A stretch of 64,000 bases of DNA. It comes from Promethearchaeota archaeon (lineage in GTDB: Archaea > Asgardarchaeota > Lokiarchaeia > Sigyniarchaeales > SOKP01). Positions within the stretch are counted from its first letter, which is position 1; every line of letters starts with the position of its first letter. Location of the stretch: positions 128,001 to 192,000 of the forward strand of contig JAEOSU010000072.1 in NCBI GenBank assembly GCA_016840165.1. The letters run 5' to 3'. Below the pieces are notes generated by a model, which saw only the letters and a program-made list of their open reading frames with translations, had not been told where the DNA came from and made no database searches. Made by a program: the position numbers and the translations under genes. This document shows, piece after piece, positions 30,154 to 39,242 of the stretch.

Positions 30154-30363
30154 TTATTCAAAATATTCATTAAATGATTCTTCAAAATCATCCATACTAT
30201 TACTATTAATTTCAGCGAATTTATAACGTCCTCGAGGAACTTTTTCTTTCCTTTTTACAAAACGTCTTAAAGCGCTCTCAAAGTCACTTGCGCTCATACT
30301 TTTTTCCTCAGCGAACTTTATCTCGCCAAAATATTTCAAATACTCAGGATCGGTTTCACTCAT
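30154..30363 (-). CDS. Small protein with two internal KFAExxSxSxxDFE repeats
   Basis: GGTGA SD 7 nt upstream; KFAEEKSMSASDFE / KFAEINSNSMDDFE. Confidence 0.75.
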   Translation of the reverse strand: MSETDPEYLKYFGEIKFAEEKSMSASDFESALRRFVKRKEKVPRGRYKFAEINSNSMDDFEESFNEYFE

Positions 30364-30730
30364 TCGTATATCACCTTCGTTCGTTTACAATTTTTTTGTT
30401 CAAATGTTTATTTAATTTATTAGATCACTAAATGGATAGTCGAGTATATAAATCTTTTCATACCATAAAACGTATCAAAAAAGGGTTAAGAAATGGGAAT
30501 CTAAGCCCATATTCAAGGCGTTTAATCAATGCTCTATCTTATATTTTCAAGAGTATACATAGCATTATCGAAAAAGTATAAAAATAGTTCTTTTCATACA
30601 AAATAATATACCAAAGTAAAAAGTAGTAAAAAAAATCTTAAAAGTTAATATTAAATAGTAAGCTAAAAAATAATTACAAAAAGGTTAATAAATTATATTT
30701 TTGATATGAGAGGGTAAGGAGGACATTAAA

Positions 30731-31666
30731 ATGGCTAGAAAAGTTGATAATACAACCTATTTAAATTATTTATTACAATCACTCAATGTTCCCGATTTAA
30801 AACAGATCTGTAAAGACTTTGATATAAAGGGGTATTCAAGATTAAAAAAATTAGAATTAATTGATTTCATTATTGATTCTCTTGCAGAAGAGGAGATTTT
30901 AGCCCTTATCAATGACAAAGAGCTGGAAATAATTAAAGACTCAATTGACCTTGCAATCAAAAAGATTAATGGAGAAGACAGAGAAACTATAGGCTCTATA
31001 AAAATTGTCAATGAAAAAGACCATGAAGTTGAAATTTTGTTTAAAGGATTTAACTGGGAGAATACCATTCTCTTATCAATAAATCCTAAGAATATTGACA
31101 ATCCTTTAAGAGATTGTGATTGTAGAATCGGAGCGAATATGGGTTTTTGCAGTCATTTCTGGACAGCATTTATTTTTTCCTTGAAGCAGGGGTATTTTAA
31201 ATTATCCGACTGGAGTTTAACGAAATTGCCCGATGATTTTGAGAAGAAAATAAAGTCCATAAAAATATCTACTGCCACCACAGGAGAGAAAACTTCAGAA
31301 GTTAGCTTAATAGATGAAGATTCTCCGGTTTATAAATTGTTGCAACATGATAGAGTCACAATTTATGAAGGAAAGATAGAAGAAATTGTTGAAAAGCAAG
31401 CAGATTTTCAAGGTAATATTACTATTTACTATCTCATTACTATAAAAGATGCTAAAATCGGGCCCCAACTCAAAAAAACCAAGGATAAAAATGAAGAGGA
31501 AATATTCTCACTTGATAAAGTGTTATTAAGAGTAAGTGATAAAGCGTTCAATAAGGTAAAAGTCGAAGTTGGAAACAAAATTACATGTAATGGGGGAGTG
31601 GACCAAGATAGGATATTAGGAGTAATGTTAAAACGAGTAACTGCATTTAAAAAGCTGAAAACGTAA
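30731..31666 (+). CDS. HeH/SAP-like + SWIM zinc finger + putative OB-fold protein
   Basis: LNVPDLKQICKDFDIKGYSRLKKLELI; CDC..CSH; beta-rich C-terminus with VEVGNKITCNG. Confidence 0.75.
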   Translation: MARKVDNTTYLNYLLQSLNVPDLKQICKDFDIKGYSRLKKLELIDFIIDSLAEEEILALINDKELEIIKDSIDLAIKKINGEDRETIGSIKIVNEKDHEVEILFKGFNWENTILLSINPKNIDNPLRDCDCRIGANMGFCSHFWTAFIFSLKQGYFKLSDWSLTKLPDDFEKKIKSIKISTATTGEKTSEVSLIDEDSPVYKLLQHDRVTIYEGKIEEIVEKQADFQGNITIYYLITIKDAKIGPQLKKTKDKNEEEIFSLDKVLLRVSDKAFNKVKVEVGNKITCNGGVDQDRILGVMLKRVTAFKKLKT

Positions 31667-31781
31667 ATTAAGTAGTCTATTTTTCCTAAAAAAATAATGA
31701 TCTAAAATATAACTAATTTTATGCGATAAATCCTTAATAGGTAGTAAAGAAGTCTATCTACTTTCTTTTTGGTGATGAAGA

Positions 31782-33203
31782 ATTAGTTTTGATTATGCGA
31801 TTTTAACCGATTTCTACCAATTAACCATGGCAAATGGATATTTACTCAAAGGGATAGAAAATGGTAATGCGGTATTTGATCTTTTTTTTCGAAATGCTCC
31901 GTTTAAAGGTGTTTATGCGATTTGTTATGGCTTGAGTAAAGCAATTAAAGATATTCATCAGATGAAATTTTCCGATGATTCGATTAATTATCTCCAAGAG
32001 CAAGATTTATTTTCGGATGAATTTTTCGATTATTTATCAAATTTCAAACCAAGATTGACGATTCGCACTATTGAGGATGGAAGAGTAATATTTCCTTATG
32101 AAACTATTGCTCAAGTTGAAGGCCCTTTAATCCAATGCCAATTAATCGAAACTTATATTTTAAATTGCTTTAATTTTCCAACGCTATGTGCAACAAAGGC
32201 AAATCGCATGTGGCTGACTTCCGTAAAGCAACCCATACTTGAGTTTGGGTTGAGAAGAGCTCAGGGACCAAATGGAGGGTTAACGGCTAGTGAGGCTGCT
32301 ATGGTTGGAGGGTGTATAGGCACCTCGAACGTATTAGCAGGAAAAATGTATGATATTCGGATAAGTGGCACTCAAGCACATTCTTGGATAATGGCATTCG
32401 ATACTGAATTGGAGGCATTTAGAGCCTATGCAGAAATCTATCCCAAAAACTGTATATTACTCATCGATACTTATGATACAATTGAAGGATGTAAAAATGC
32501 AGTTATCGTTGGAAAGGAATTGGAAGAAAAAGGGGAAAAGCTCGCCGGAGTTCGCATAGATTCGGGCGATCTCGCATATTTCAGCCGTCAAGTTCGAAAG
32601 ATTTTAGATGATGCAGGATTGGATTATGTGAAAGTGGTTGCCTCTAATGATGTGGATGAGTACATTATCGCTGAAATCCAGAGGAATAAGGGAGCTATTG
32701 ATTTTTGGGGTATTGGTACAAAATTAGCTACATGTTATGACGATCCTGCACTTGGTGGTGTGTATAAATTGGTTGAAATCAATGATGAGCCGAAGATTAA
32801 AATATCGAGTAATGTGGAAAAAATGACTATTCCCTCCAAAAAGCAAGTCTATAGGGTATATAATGGTGAAGGATTCATGTCGGGAGATATAATGGAACTA
32901 AGAGAAAAGGAAGATTTAGAGGAGGGATATGTCTATGATCCTCTGAATCCAATGCGCTTTTATAATCTTAAGAATCCAGCAAGAGTTGAACCTTTACTCC
33001 ATTTAAGAATGGACGAGGGTAAAATAGTAAGTGAAATGAGCGATTGGAAGAAAGCGAGGGGATGTATGGAGAAAGATATTGAACTTTTACCTGATGCGTC
33101 AAAACGGTTATTAAATCCCCAGAATTATAGAGTAAGTATTAGTCATTCGATCCATGATCTTCGGAATCATTTAATCGAAACCTATATTGGTAAAGATAAA
33201 TAA
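31782..33203 (+). CDS. pncB: Nicotinate phosphoribosyltransferase
   Basis: LTDFYQLTM, EFGLRRAQG, GTSN, GTQAHSW, LIDTYD, VRIDSGD, GIGT, GGVYKL; start extended to ATT 31782. Confidence 0.95.
   Translation: MSFDYAILTDFYQLTMANGYLLKGIENGNAVFDLFFRNAPFKGVYAICYGLSKAIKDIHQMKFSDDSINYLQEQDLFSDEFFDYLSNFKPRLTIRTIEDGRVIFPYETIAQVEGPLIQCQLIETYILNCFNFPTLCATKANRMWLTSVKQPILEFGLRRAQGPNGGLTASEAAMVGGCIGTSNVLAGKMYDIRISGTQAHSWIMAFDTELEAFRAYAEIYPKNCILLIDTYDTIEGCKNAVIVGKELEEKGEKLAGVRIDSGDLAYFSRQVRKILDDAGLDYVKVVASNDVDEYIIAEIQRNKGAIDFWGIGTKLATCYDDPALGGVYKLVEINDEPKIKISSNVEKMTIPSKKQVYRVYNGEGFMSGDIMELREKEDLEEGYVYDPLNPMRFYNLKNPARVEPLLHLRMDEGKIVSEMSDWKKARGCMEKDIELLPDASKRLLNPQNYRVSISHSIHDLRNHLIETYIGKDK
33122..33203 (+). repeat. 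3' end of pncB, copy 1 of an 82-bp diverged direct repeat
   Basis: 66/82 identical to 35746..35827, offset 2624. Confidence 0.9.
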
Positions 33204-33271
33204 CGATTAATTAATTTCTTTATGATCAACTTATTTTCTCATGAGAAAGGATTAAGTTAAGGTTAACGACT

Positions 33272-35692
33272 ATGACTGAAGAATATATTATAAAATTATC
33301 TAATACTCTTGGTATAAATCAAAGCGCTCTTTTATTTAATGAAAAACGACCATACACCTTTTTAGTAGGTGCAGGAATATCAATGGATCCTCCTTCTAAT
33401 GTTCCTTCCGCACGCATGTTTGTGAGGGAATTATTTAACTATTACGCCCCTAAAAACGAAATTGATACTCTTTCTAAATTAGAGGCACTTAGATACGAAT
33501 TCTTAGTTGAAAAAATCCAGAACTTATTTGATGAAAAACTCACATTTTTAAATTATCTGGATTGGGTAACACACCCTAATGCCAATCATTTGTTTCTCGC
33601 GCATATGATCTTGAGATATAATTTTGTAATAACTACAAATTTCGATTATTTGATTGAATTAGCAGTTAAGAGTCTACTTTTGGGTTCAGAATATAAAAAG
33701 ATCATGAGTATTATTACAAGGGATGATTACGAGAAAAATATTAGATTTAAATATCCCGTGGTTAAAATACACGGCTCGAAACGAGATTGCATTACTGGCA
33801 GATATACCGCAGATTCATTGATTACTACAATTAGTGCACTTGGTAAGGATAGGGAAAAAGGAAAAACTTTCGCAATCGAACCCTTTAAAAGAAAATTAAT
33901 TGATAGTATCACAGAAGGTCGTGATCTCATTGTTATGGGATATTCTGGTAGTGACGACTTTGATATTAGCCCAATGCTGAATGAGTTAACGACCGTTAAA
34001 CGTATTATTTGGATTGATCATAATTCTGACCCAGACATAGAAGGATATTATAAATATAAGCCTTTAGATACGTCAAAATTAAATTTAATATCAAATCTTT
34101 CGAAGTTAGACAACATACTTCTCGAACTAGCTTCGAAAAATACGATCGAGGTATTCAAAATTAAGGCTAACACCATTAACTTTGTAAAACAAAAATTAGC
34201 GAAGACATTTCATGTCTCATTGGCTAATTTAAAAGAAAACATCCCAATAACACAGAAGAGTTTTAAGGATTTCATGGAAAAATACCACTTTGATAAACCT
34301 GAATCCTTCAAATATCGCTTGGCTCATGAAATTTACAGTGATTTAGGTAATATTGAATCGGCTGAAAGAACCGCTATAACTGGGTTAGATTTGGCAACTG
34401 AGGAAAGTAATGATATTAATAAATTGTATTTTACAAATGCGTTGGGATTATTATATCTCACCAGAGGAGATATGGATAAAGCTTTAGAACAATTTAATGA
34501 AACTCTCGAATTAACACAGAGATTAGACATGTTAAATGAAAAAATCGGAGTTCTCATTAATATTGGTGAACATTATAGGAAGAAAGGAGATTTGAAAAAT
34601 GCTTTTAAATATATATTCGAAGCGGCGGATCTTGTCTCAGAAAAGACTCCTAATGTATTAAAATATTCAATATTCAATAGTCTCGGAGTCATATATAGGG
34701 CAAATGGAGATGTACCAAATTCAATAAAACATCTTGAAATGGCACTTGAAGTTTCGGAAAAAATGGGAGATCTTTTTAGAAAGTCGTCAGTCTATAACAA
34801 TTTAGCGGGAATTTATTTTTACCAAGGACGATTAGACCCTGCATTAAAAAATGCATCTGAAGCTTTGAAGATTGATGAATTATTAGGAGATTTAGATGAT
34901 ATGGCCTCAAATCTAAACACTATTGGAAATATATATAGAATGGCTGGTCATTATACACAAGCTCTTACTTATTTGGAGCGCGCATATAACATTGCAGAAA
35001 AAATTAAGAAGTTAAAAGTAAAATCCCTTGCAGCTAACTCTATTGGGGGTATTTATTTCACATTAGGAAAACTTGATTCAGCATTAAAAATGTATAACGA
35101 AGCTTATGAAATAAGGAAGATTTTAGGAGATATCTCAGGACAAGCGACGAGTTTAAATAATATCGGGTTGATATATCGCGCAAGACGAGATTATAAGACT
35201 GCAAATGAGATGTTTACACAATCAATTGAAATAGCAGAAAGGATCGGAGAGAAAACTCATTTAAGCGTACGTTATTCCAATAAAGCATCAATATTCGAGG
35301 CAAAAAGAGATTTTGAAAAAGCATTAGAGGAATACAAAAAAGCTCTAGCCATGGAACAATCACAGCAAAACTTACACGGAGTTGCAACACAACTTATGAA
35401 TATTGGAGGGATTTTGGGCGATTTAGGTCGACGTGAAGAGAGTATTCAAAACTATACTAAAGCCCTCAATATGATGGAAGATTTGAAAATAAAACCAGGG
35501 ATTGCACGAGCACTTAATAACTTGGGTTCAGTATATTATAAGTTTAATAGGGATTTTGAAAAGGCTATTCCTATATTAGAGAGAGCTCTTGAAATATATC
35601 GGGAGATCGATGACCCTCAAATGTTAAATTTAACGCAACAAAATTTAGCGCATATCAAGCAGCAGTATGAGATTCAAAAGAGAGAGAACTAA
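33272..35692 (+). CDS. SIR2-like (SIR2_2) domain + tandem TPR protein
   Basis: FLVGAGIS, ITTNFD, KIHGS, GYSGSD followed by about ten TPRs (e.g. SLNNIGLIY...A). Confidence 0.92.
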   Translation: MTEEYIIKLSNTLGINQSALLFNEKRPYTFLVGAGISMDPPSNVPSARMFVRELFNYYAPKNEIDTLSKLEALRYEFLVEKIQNLFDEKLTFLNYLDWVTHPNANHLFLAHMILRYNFVITTNFDYLIELAVKSLLLGSEYKKIMSIITRDDYEKNIRFKYPVVKIHGSKRDCITGRYTADSLITTISALGKDREKGKTFAIEPFKRKLIDSITEGRDLIVMGYSGSDDFDISPMLNELTTVKRIIWIDHNSDPDIEGYYKYKPLDTSKLNLISNLSKLDNILLELASKNTIEVFKIKANTINFVKQKLAKTFHVSLANLKENIPITQKSFKDFMEKYHFDKPESFKYRLAHEIYSDLGNIESAERTAITGLDLATEESNDINKLYFTNALGLLYLTRGDMDKALEQFNETLELTQRLDMLNEKIGVLINIGEHYRKKGDLKNAFKYIFEAADLVSEKTPNVLKYSIFNSLGVIYRANGDVPNSIKHLEMALEVSEKMGDLFRKSSVYNNLAGIYFYQGRLDPALKNASEALKIDELLGDLDDMASNLNTIGNIYRMAGHYTQALTYLERAYNIAEKIKKLKVKSLAANSIGGIYFTLGKLDSALKMYNEAYEIRKILGDISGQATSLNNIGLIYRARRDYKTANEMFTQSIEIAERIGEKTHLSVRYSNKASIFEAKRDFEKALEEYKKALAMEQSQQNLHGVATQLMNIGGILGDLGRREESIQNYTKALNMMEDLKIKPGIARALNNLGSVYYKFNRDFEKAIPILERALEIYREIDDPQMLNLTQQNLAHIKQQYEIQKREN

Positions 35693-35745
35693 TTAATATG
35701 AATGGGATAGAGAGGATTTTAAATTCCCCAAGTGATCTATACTGT

Positions 35746-35827
35746 GAATTATAGAGTGAGTATCAGTCAATCTATTTATGATCTTCGAACAAAATTTATC
35801 GATACTTATATTGGCAAAGATATATAA
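35746..35827 (+). pseudogene. pncB: Orphan 3' end of a second pncB allele
   Basis: NYRVSISQSIYDLRTKFIDTYIGKDI* versus NYRVSISHSIHDLRNHLIETYIGKDK* in the intact gene. Confidence 0.9.
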
Positions 35828-35872
35828 TAAATAAATACGGTTTAGAACATTGATTGGAGGAATACAACCATT

Positions 35873-36433
35873 ATGACAGGACAAATCCCAGATAAAGTGA
35901 TTTTTAATGGTGATGTATTTGATTTGGTGGGCGTGAAAGGAGAAGGTTTATTTGAGCCATTTGATTTTGGATTAGTTCCTATTTCCCCTCATACTGCTAA
36001 CTGGCGTGGGTTTGTAAGTACTTATGAAGTATCCGAAGGTATACTTCTCCTTAAAGAATTGGAAGTCAGTATCAAGGATGAGGATCAATCATATCCAGAA
36101 ATTAATGGCATTCAACCAGAGTCCCGAAAAGAGAATTTAGTCCACTTAGATTATAAAAAGATAAATTTAAAGACTATGTATACAGGAACATTACTTATTG
36201 CTAAAGATTTTATTGATTCAATGTATGTTCATATGGGATTTCAGAGTCCCCTCTCGTTTGAAATAATTTTAGAGTTAGAATTTAAAGAGGGAAAATTGAT
36301 TAATCAAGAGAATGTATCCGACTTGATCAAAGAATATAGAGAGAAAGGTTACTCTGATGGTAAATTAGGACCTCAAGATGATGACTATATGAAATGGATT
36401 GAACGTACTTTTTCCCTTGATTATGAAATTTAG
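35873..36433 (+). CDS. Hypothetical protein
   Basis: 186-aa ATG ORF with GGAGG upstream; no recognised catalytic motif. Confidence 0.8.
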   Translation: MTGQIPDKVIFNGDVFDLVGVKGEGLFEPFDFGLVPISPHTANWRGFVSTYEVSEGILLLKELEVSIKDEDQSYPEINGIQPESRKENLVHLDYKKINLKTMYTGTLLIAKDFIDSMYVHMGFQSPLSFEIILELEFKEGKLINQENVSDLIKEYREKGYSDGKLGPQDDDYMKWIERTFSLDYEI

Positions 36434-36469
36434 AAATATTTTAAAATAAAAAAAAAATTGATTGGTATT

Positions 36470-37309
36470 TTATCCAGTTGGAGAGAAAACTCCTGCGAAG
36501 ACTAACCATGCTAAAAAGGTTTTGGAAACTAAACTGAGTATAATATATACTCTTTCACCGTATAAGTAATCTTTCCACTTACCTACTCCCTTATATTGGA
36601 GAATCATATTTATTGCAAAAGTATTAAAAAAGACCAACTCGATTATATAGATCAAATACACGAAAGTCGGAATCTCAGCTCCTTCTGATACTCCTGTATT
36701 TATGAAGTAGGCAGTAATCACGATCCACGGAACTGCTCCCGCTACCACTCCAAGATAATAAGCCGTCCATCTCACTTTTTCATTTAGTTTTCGGGTATAA
36801 ACATTGTGGAGTTCCATCATGAGACCAAACATGTTCATGAGTGCATTAGAGATAAAAATCATGAATAACGACCAGAAATCTAAGACTCCAAAAAACAAGG
36901 CAATTAGCACAATCATGATAGAACTGGAAAGCGCATATTCAAACCATCTAACTTTGTTAATTCCCTTCTTTAAGTCCCTTACGTATTTTTTATTTAAGGG
37001 ATAAGCAATAAGAAAGTGTGCGATGGCTGATAATAACAAAAATGTCCCAACGAAAGCTCCGAGAGCGGTAAACGTGAATATTACCTCAGGATTCGGTGAT
37101 AAAGTAGGTGGAGGTCCAAGATCAAATTCTAAATAAGTTGTATAAATATCAACTGAGAAATCTAAAAATGGTAAAAATCCGAAAAAGACCATAAGTAAGC
37201 CTTGAATCAAATGTAGAATCATCGCATTCCGATTAAACTTTTTTAGGTAATCAAAAGTTATATCTGATCTTGGGATTAACCATTCATCTTCATTTGTTGT
37301 AGAAGTCAT
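36470..37309 (-). CDS. heR: Heliorhodopsin
   Basis: 7 TMs; LHLIQG, SAIAH, RWFEYALSSSIM counter-ion motif, YIILSLVSK retinal-binding Lys. Confidence 0.95.
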   Translation of the reverse strand: MTSTTNEDEWLIPRSDITFDYLKKFNRNAMILHLIQGLLMVFFGFLPFLDFSVDIYTTYLEFDLGPPPTLSPNPEVIFTFTALGAFVGTFLLLSAIAHFLIAYPLNKKYVRDLKKGINKVRWFEYALSSSIMIVLIALFFGVLDFWSLFMIFISNALMNMFGLMMELHNVYTRKLNEKVRWTAYYLGVVAGAVPWIVITAYFINTGVSEGAEIPTFVYLIYIIELVFFNTFAINMILQYKGVGKWKDYLYGERVYIILSLVSKTFLAWLVFAGVFSPTG

Positions 37310-37410
37310 ATGGATTATGGTAAAGAGATTTATTTAAGAAATTTGCATACAAATTATAAATTTAGTTTTAAATAATCTACTAGTAATAGTGATTAAGAGA
37401 ATGCGAAATT

Positions 37411-37869
37411 TTATTGAAAATAATCATTCAAGTAATTAAAAAGCTCATCTGCCTTTGAATCATTATAGACTCCGCTTTCGCGCCATAATATCTCACCTTT
37501 TTTATTTATCAAAAAAATATATATAGTCTGTTCGTTAGGAATCTTAAGTGTTCTTTTAAATTTCGATTTATTAATATAGATGGTTATTGTACGTTCACGT
37601 ACTTCCTTGCTCGGAATTCCCGCACGCATTCCTCCATCGATCACGAAGCTCATCATTTTATAGCCGCTACTTAAAGAAGGGAGCTCATAGAATTTTACTC
37701 TAGGAAATCGCTTAATGAGTCCTTCTAAGTAGGGACCCCAAGTATCCACTAAATTTTGATGCCATCTTTGAAAAGGCACCAGTAAAATGTTTAATTCTCC
37801 TTCTAAATCATAAGGGAGTTTATATCTTCTTGATTCTAAATTCTTGCCTTCTACTTCGGGAAAGAGCAT
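37411..37869 (-). CDS. Thioredoxin-fold (ATP10-like) protein without CxxC
   Basis: FP..G..L..LP.DL, Q..DTW, GMRAGIP, FLINKKGEILWRESG. Confidence 0.7.
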   Translation of the reverse strand: MLFPEVEGKNLESRRYKLPYDLEGELNILLVPFQRWHQNLVDTWGPYLEGLIKRFPRVKFYELPSLSSGYKMMSFVIDGGMRAGIPSKEVRERTITIYINKSKFKRTLKIPNEQTIYIFLINKKGEILWRESGVYNDSKADELFNYLNDYFQ

Positions 37870-37995
37870 GATTTTAATGGCTTTATTTGTTTATTTTTAA
37901 ATATGTAAGTAAAAAGAAATATTAAAAAGAGCGGCTAATATTTTATTCAATTTACGGTTTTAGTCTATTATTTTAAGAAGCCAAATATTGTTAAA

Positions 37996-38838
37996 CTATG
38001 GTTTCTTAGATTGTGTCAACTTTCTCGTTTCCTTATTTACCTTGCGAAATCCTCTAATGAGTTTAAATAATGAAAAACCACGAAATGACTTCCCATTCGA
38101 TTTACAACTTGGTAGCACATATGGAATTACCTTTTTGCAACTTTCTTCAACATCAGTTGCCACATATTTCATCATTAAATCTAATTCCTCTCTAAATTCA
38201 TCTTCATCCTTCCATTCCTCTATAACGCAGGTGTTCCTCATCAAATTAGTATAAATCATTCCCGGAAAGAAAATATTGAGTTTTATATCATCTGGATTCT
38301 GGTCGAATTCCAAGGCTAAACATTTTGAAAACGCCAATACACCTCCTTTCGAAGCAGAATATATTGTCATATGTTCTAACGGACGATCAGCTCCACCTCC
38401 AGCTAAAGTGATGATTCTGCCATAACCTTGCTTTTTCATATGAGGAAGTACCGCAGAGATTGAGTTTATTACTCCAATTAAATTTGTACCGATCACTAAA
38501 TTAGCTTCCTTATTCGCAGCTTCTAGTGAAAGACAGTCAAAAGGTCCATAACTAAGATTAAAACCAGCATTCGCCACCAAAATACGGACTCCTCCAAAAG
38601 CTTCAATAGTTTTATCAACCAGATTTTGAACAGCAAGTGGATCTGAAACATCGCAAGCAATACCAATAACATTATCACCAAATTGGGCTTTCAATTCAAC
38701 TAAAGTCTGGCTTACTTTATCTTCGTTTCGTGAGCATATGGCTACTTTTGCTCCTTCTTGAAGAAATAACTTTGCTAGAGTTTTACCTATACCGCTTGTA
38801 GAACCAGTTATAATCGCGATTTCATTTTTCATTTTCAT
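37996..38838 (-). CDS. Short-chain dehydrogenase/reductase
   Basis: TGSTSGIG, ANAG, YSASK, PGM. Confidence 0.94.
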   Translation of the reverse strand: MKMKNEIAIITGSTSGIGKTLAKLFLQEGAKVAICSRNEDKVSQTLVELKAQFGDNVIGIACDVSDPLAVQNLVDKTIEAFGGVRILVANAGFNLSYGPFDCLSLEAANKEANLVIGTNLIGVINSISAVLPHMKKQGYGRIITLAGGGADRPLEHMTIYSASKGGVLAFSKCLALEFDQNPDDIKLNIFFPGMIYTNLMRNTCVIEEWKDEDEFREELDLMMKYVATDVEESCKKVIPYVLPSCKSNGKSFRGFSLFKLIRGFRKVNKETRKLTQSKKP

Positions 38839-39242
38839 TTCTTATCCTCCATTCTTTCCTTACTTAATAGATTGATTAATGATGAAATCTATGTAAATTT
38901 GATAATTATAAAAAAAAGAAAATTATAAAATTTTTTAAAATAAATGTACTAGTATTGCTATCTTCTAATTTTAGGATTAAATCATGATCCTGTACTGAGA
39001 TAAATATTTTCTTGGTATATTTTTCTTATTTTTTCAATTTCTTATGGACCCTTTATAAATACTCTTAATGGAATGTGAGGAAAAAGGTTGATTGCCTATT
39101 TTGAAAAATTGTAAGATGAATGATAAGATTAGTTATATTAGTATTAATCGGATTTTATTTAAATAATTTAGATGCTACTTTTGTATAAAAATATACGATT
39201 TATAAAACAATCGTATTATAAAAAAATTAGAGATATAATATT

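Noticed and set aside
30432-30581. 49-aa plus-strand ORF MDSRVYKSFH...
   Set aside because: No SD or motif, and it lies in a divergent promoter region
31773-31778. UGA read-through (selenocysteine) upstream of pncB
   Set aside because: Two consecutive in-frame TGA codons overlap the SD region, and PncB has no Cys/Sec site there
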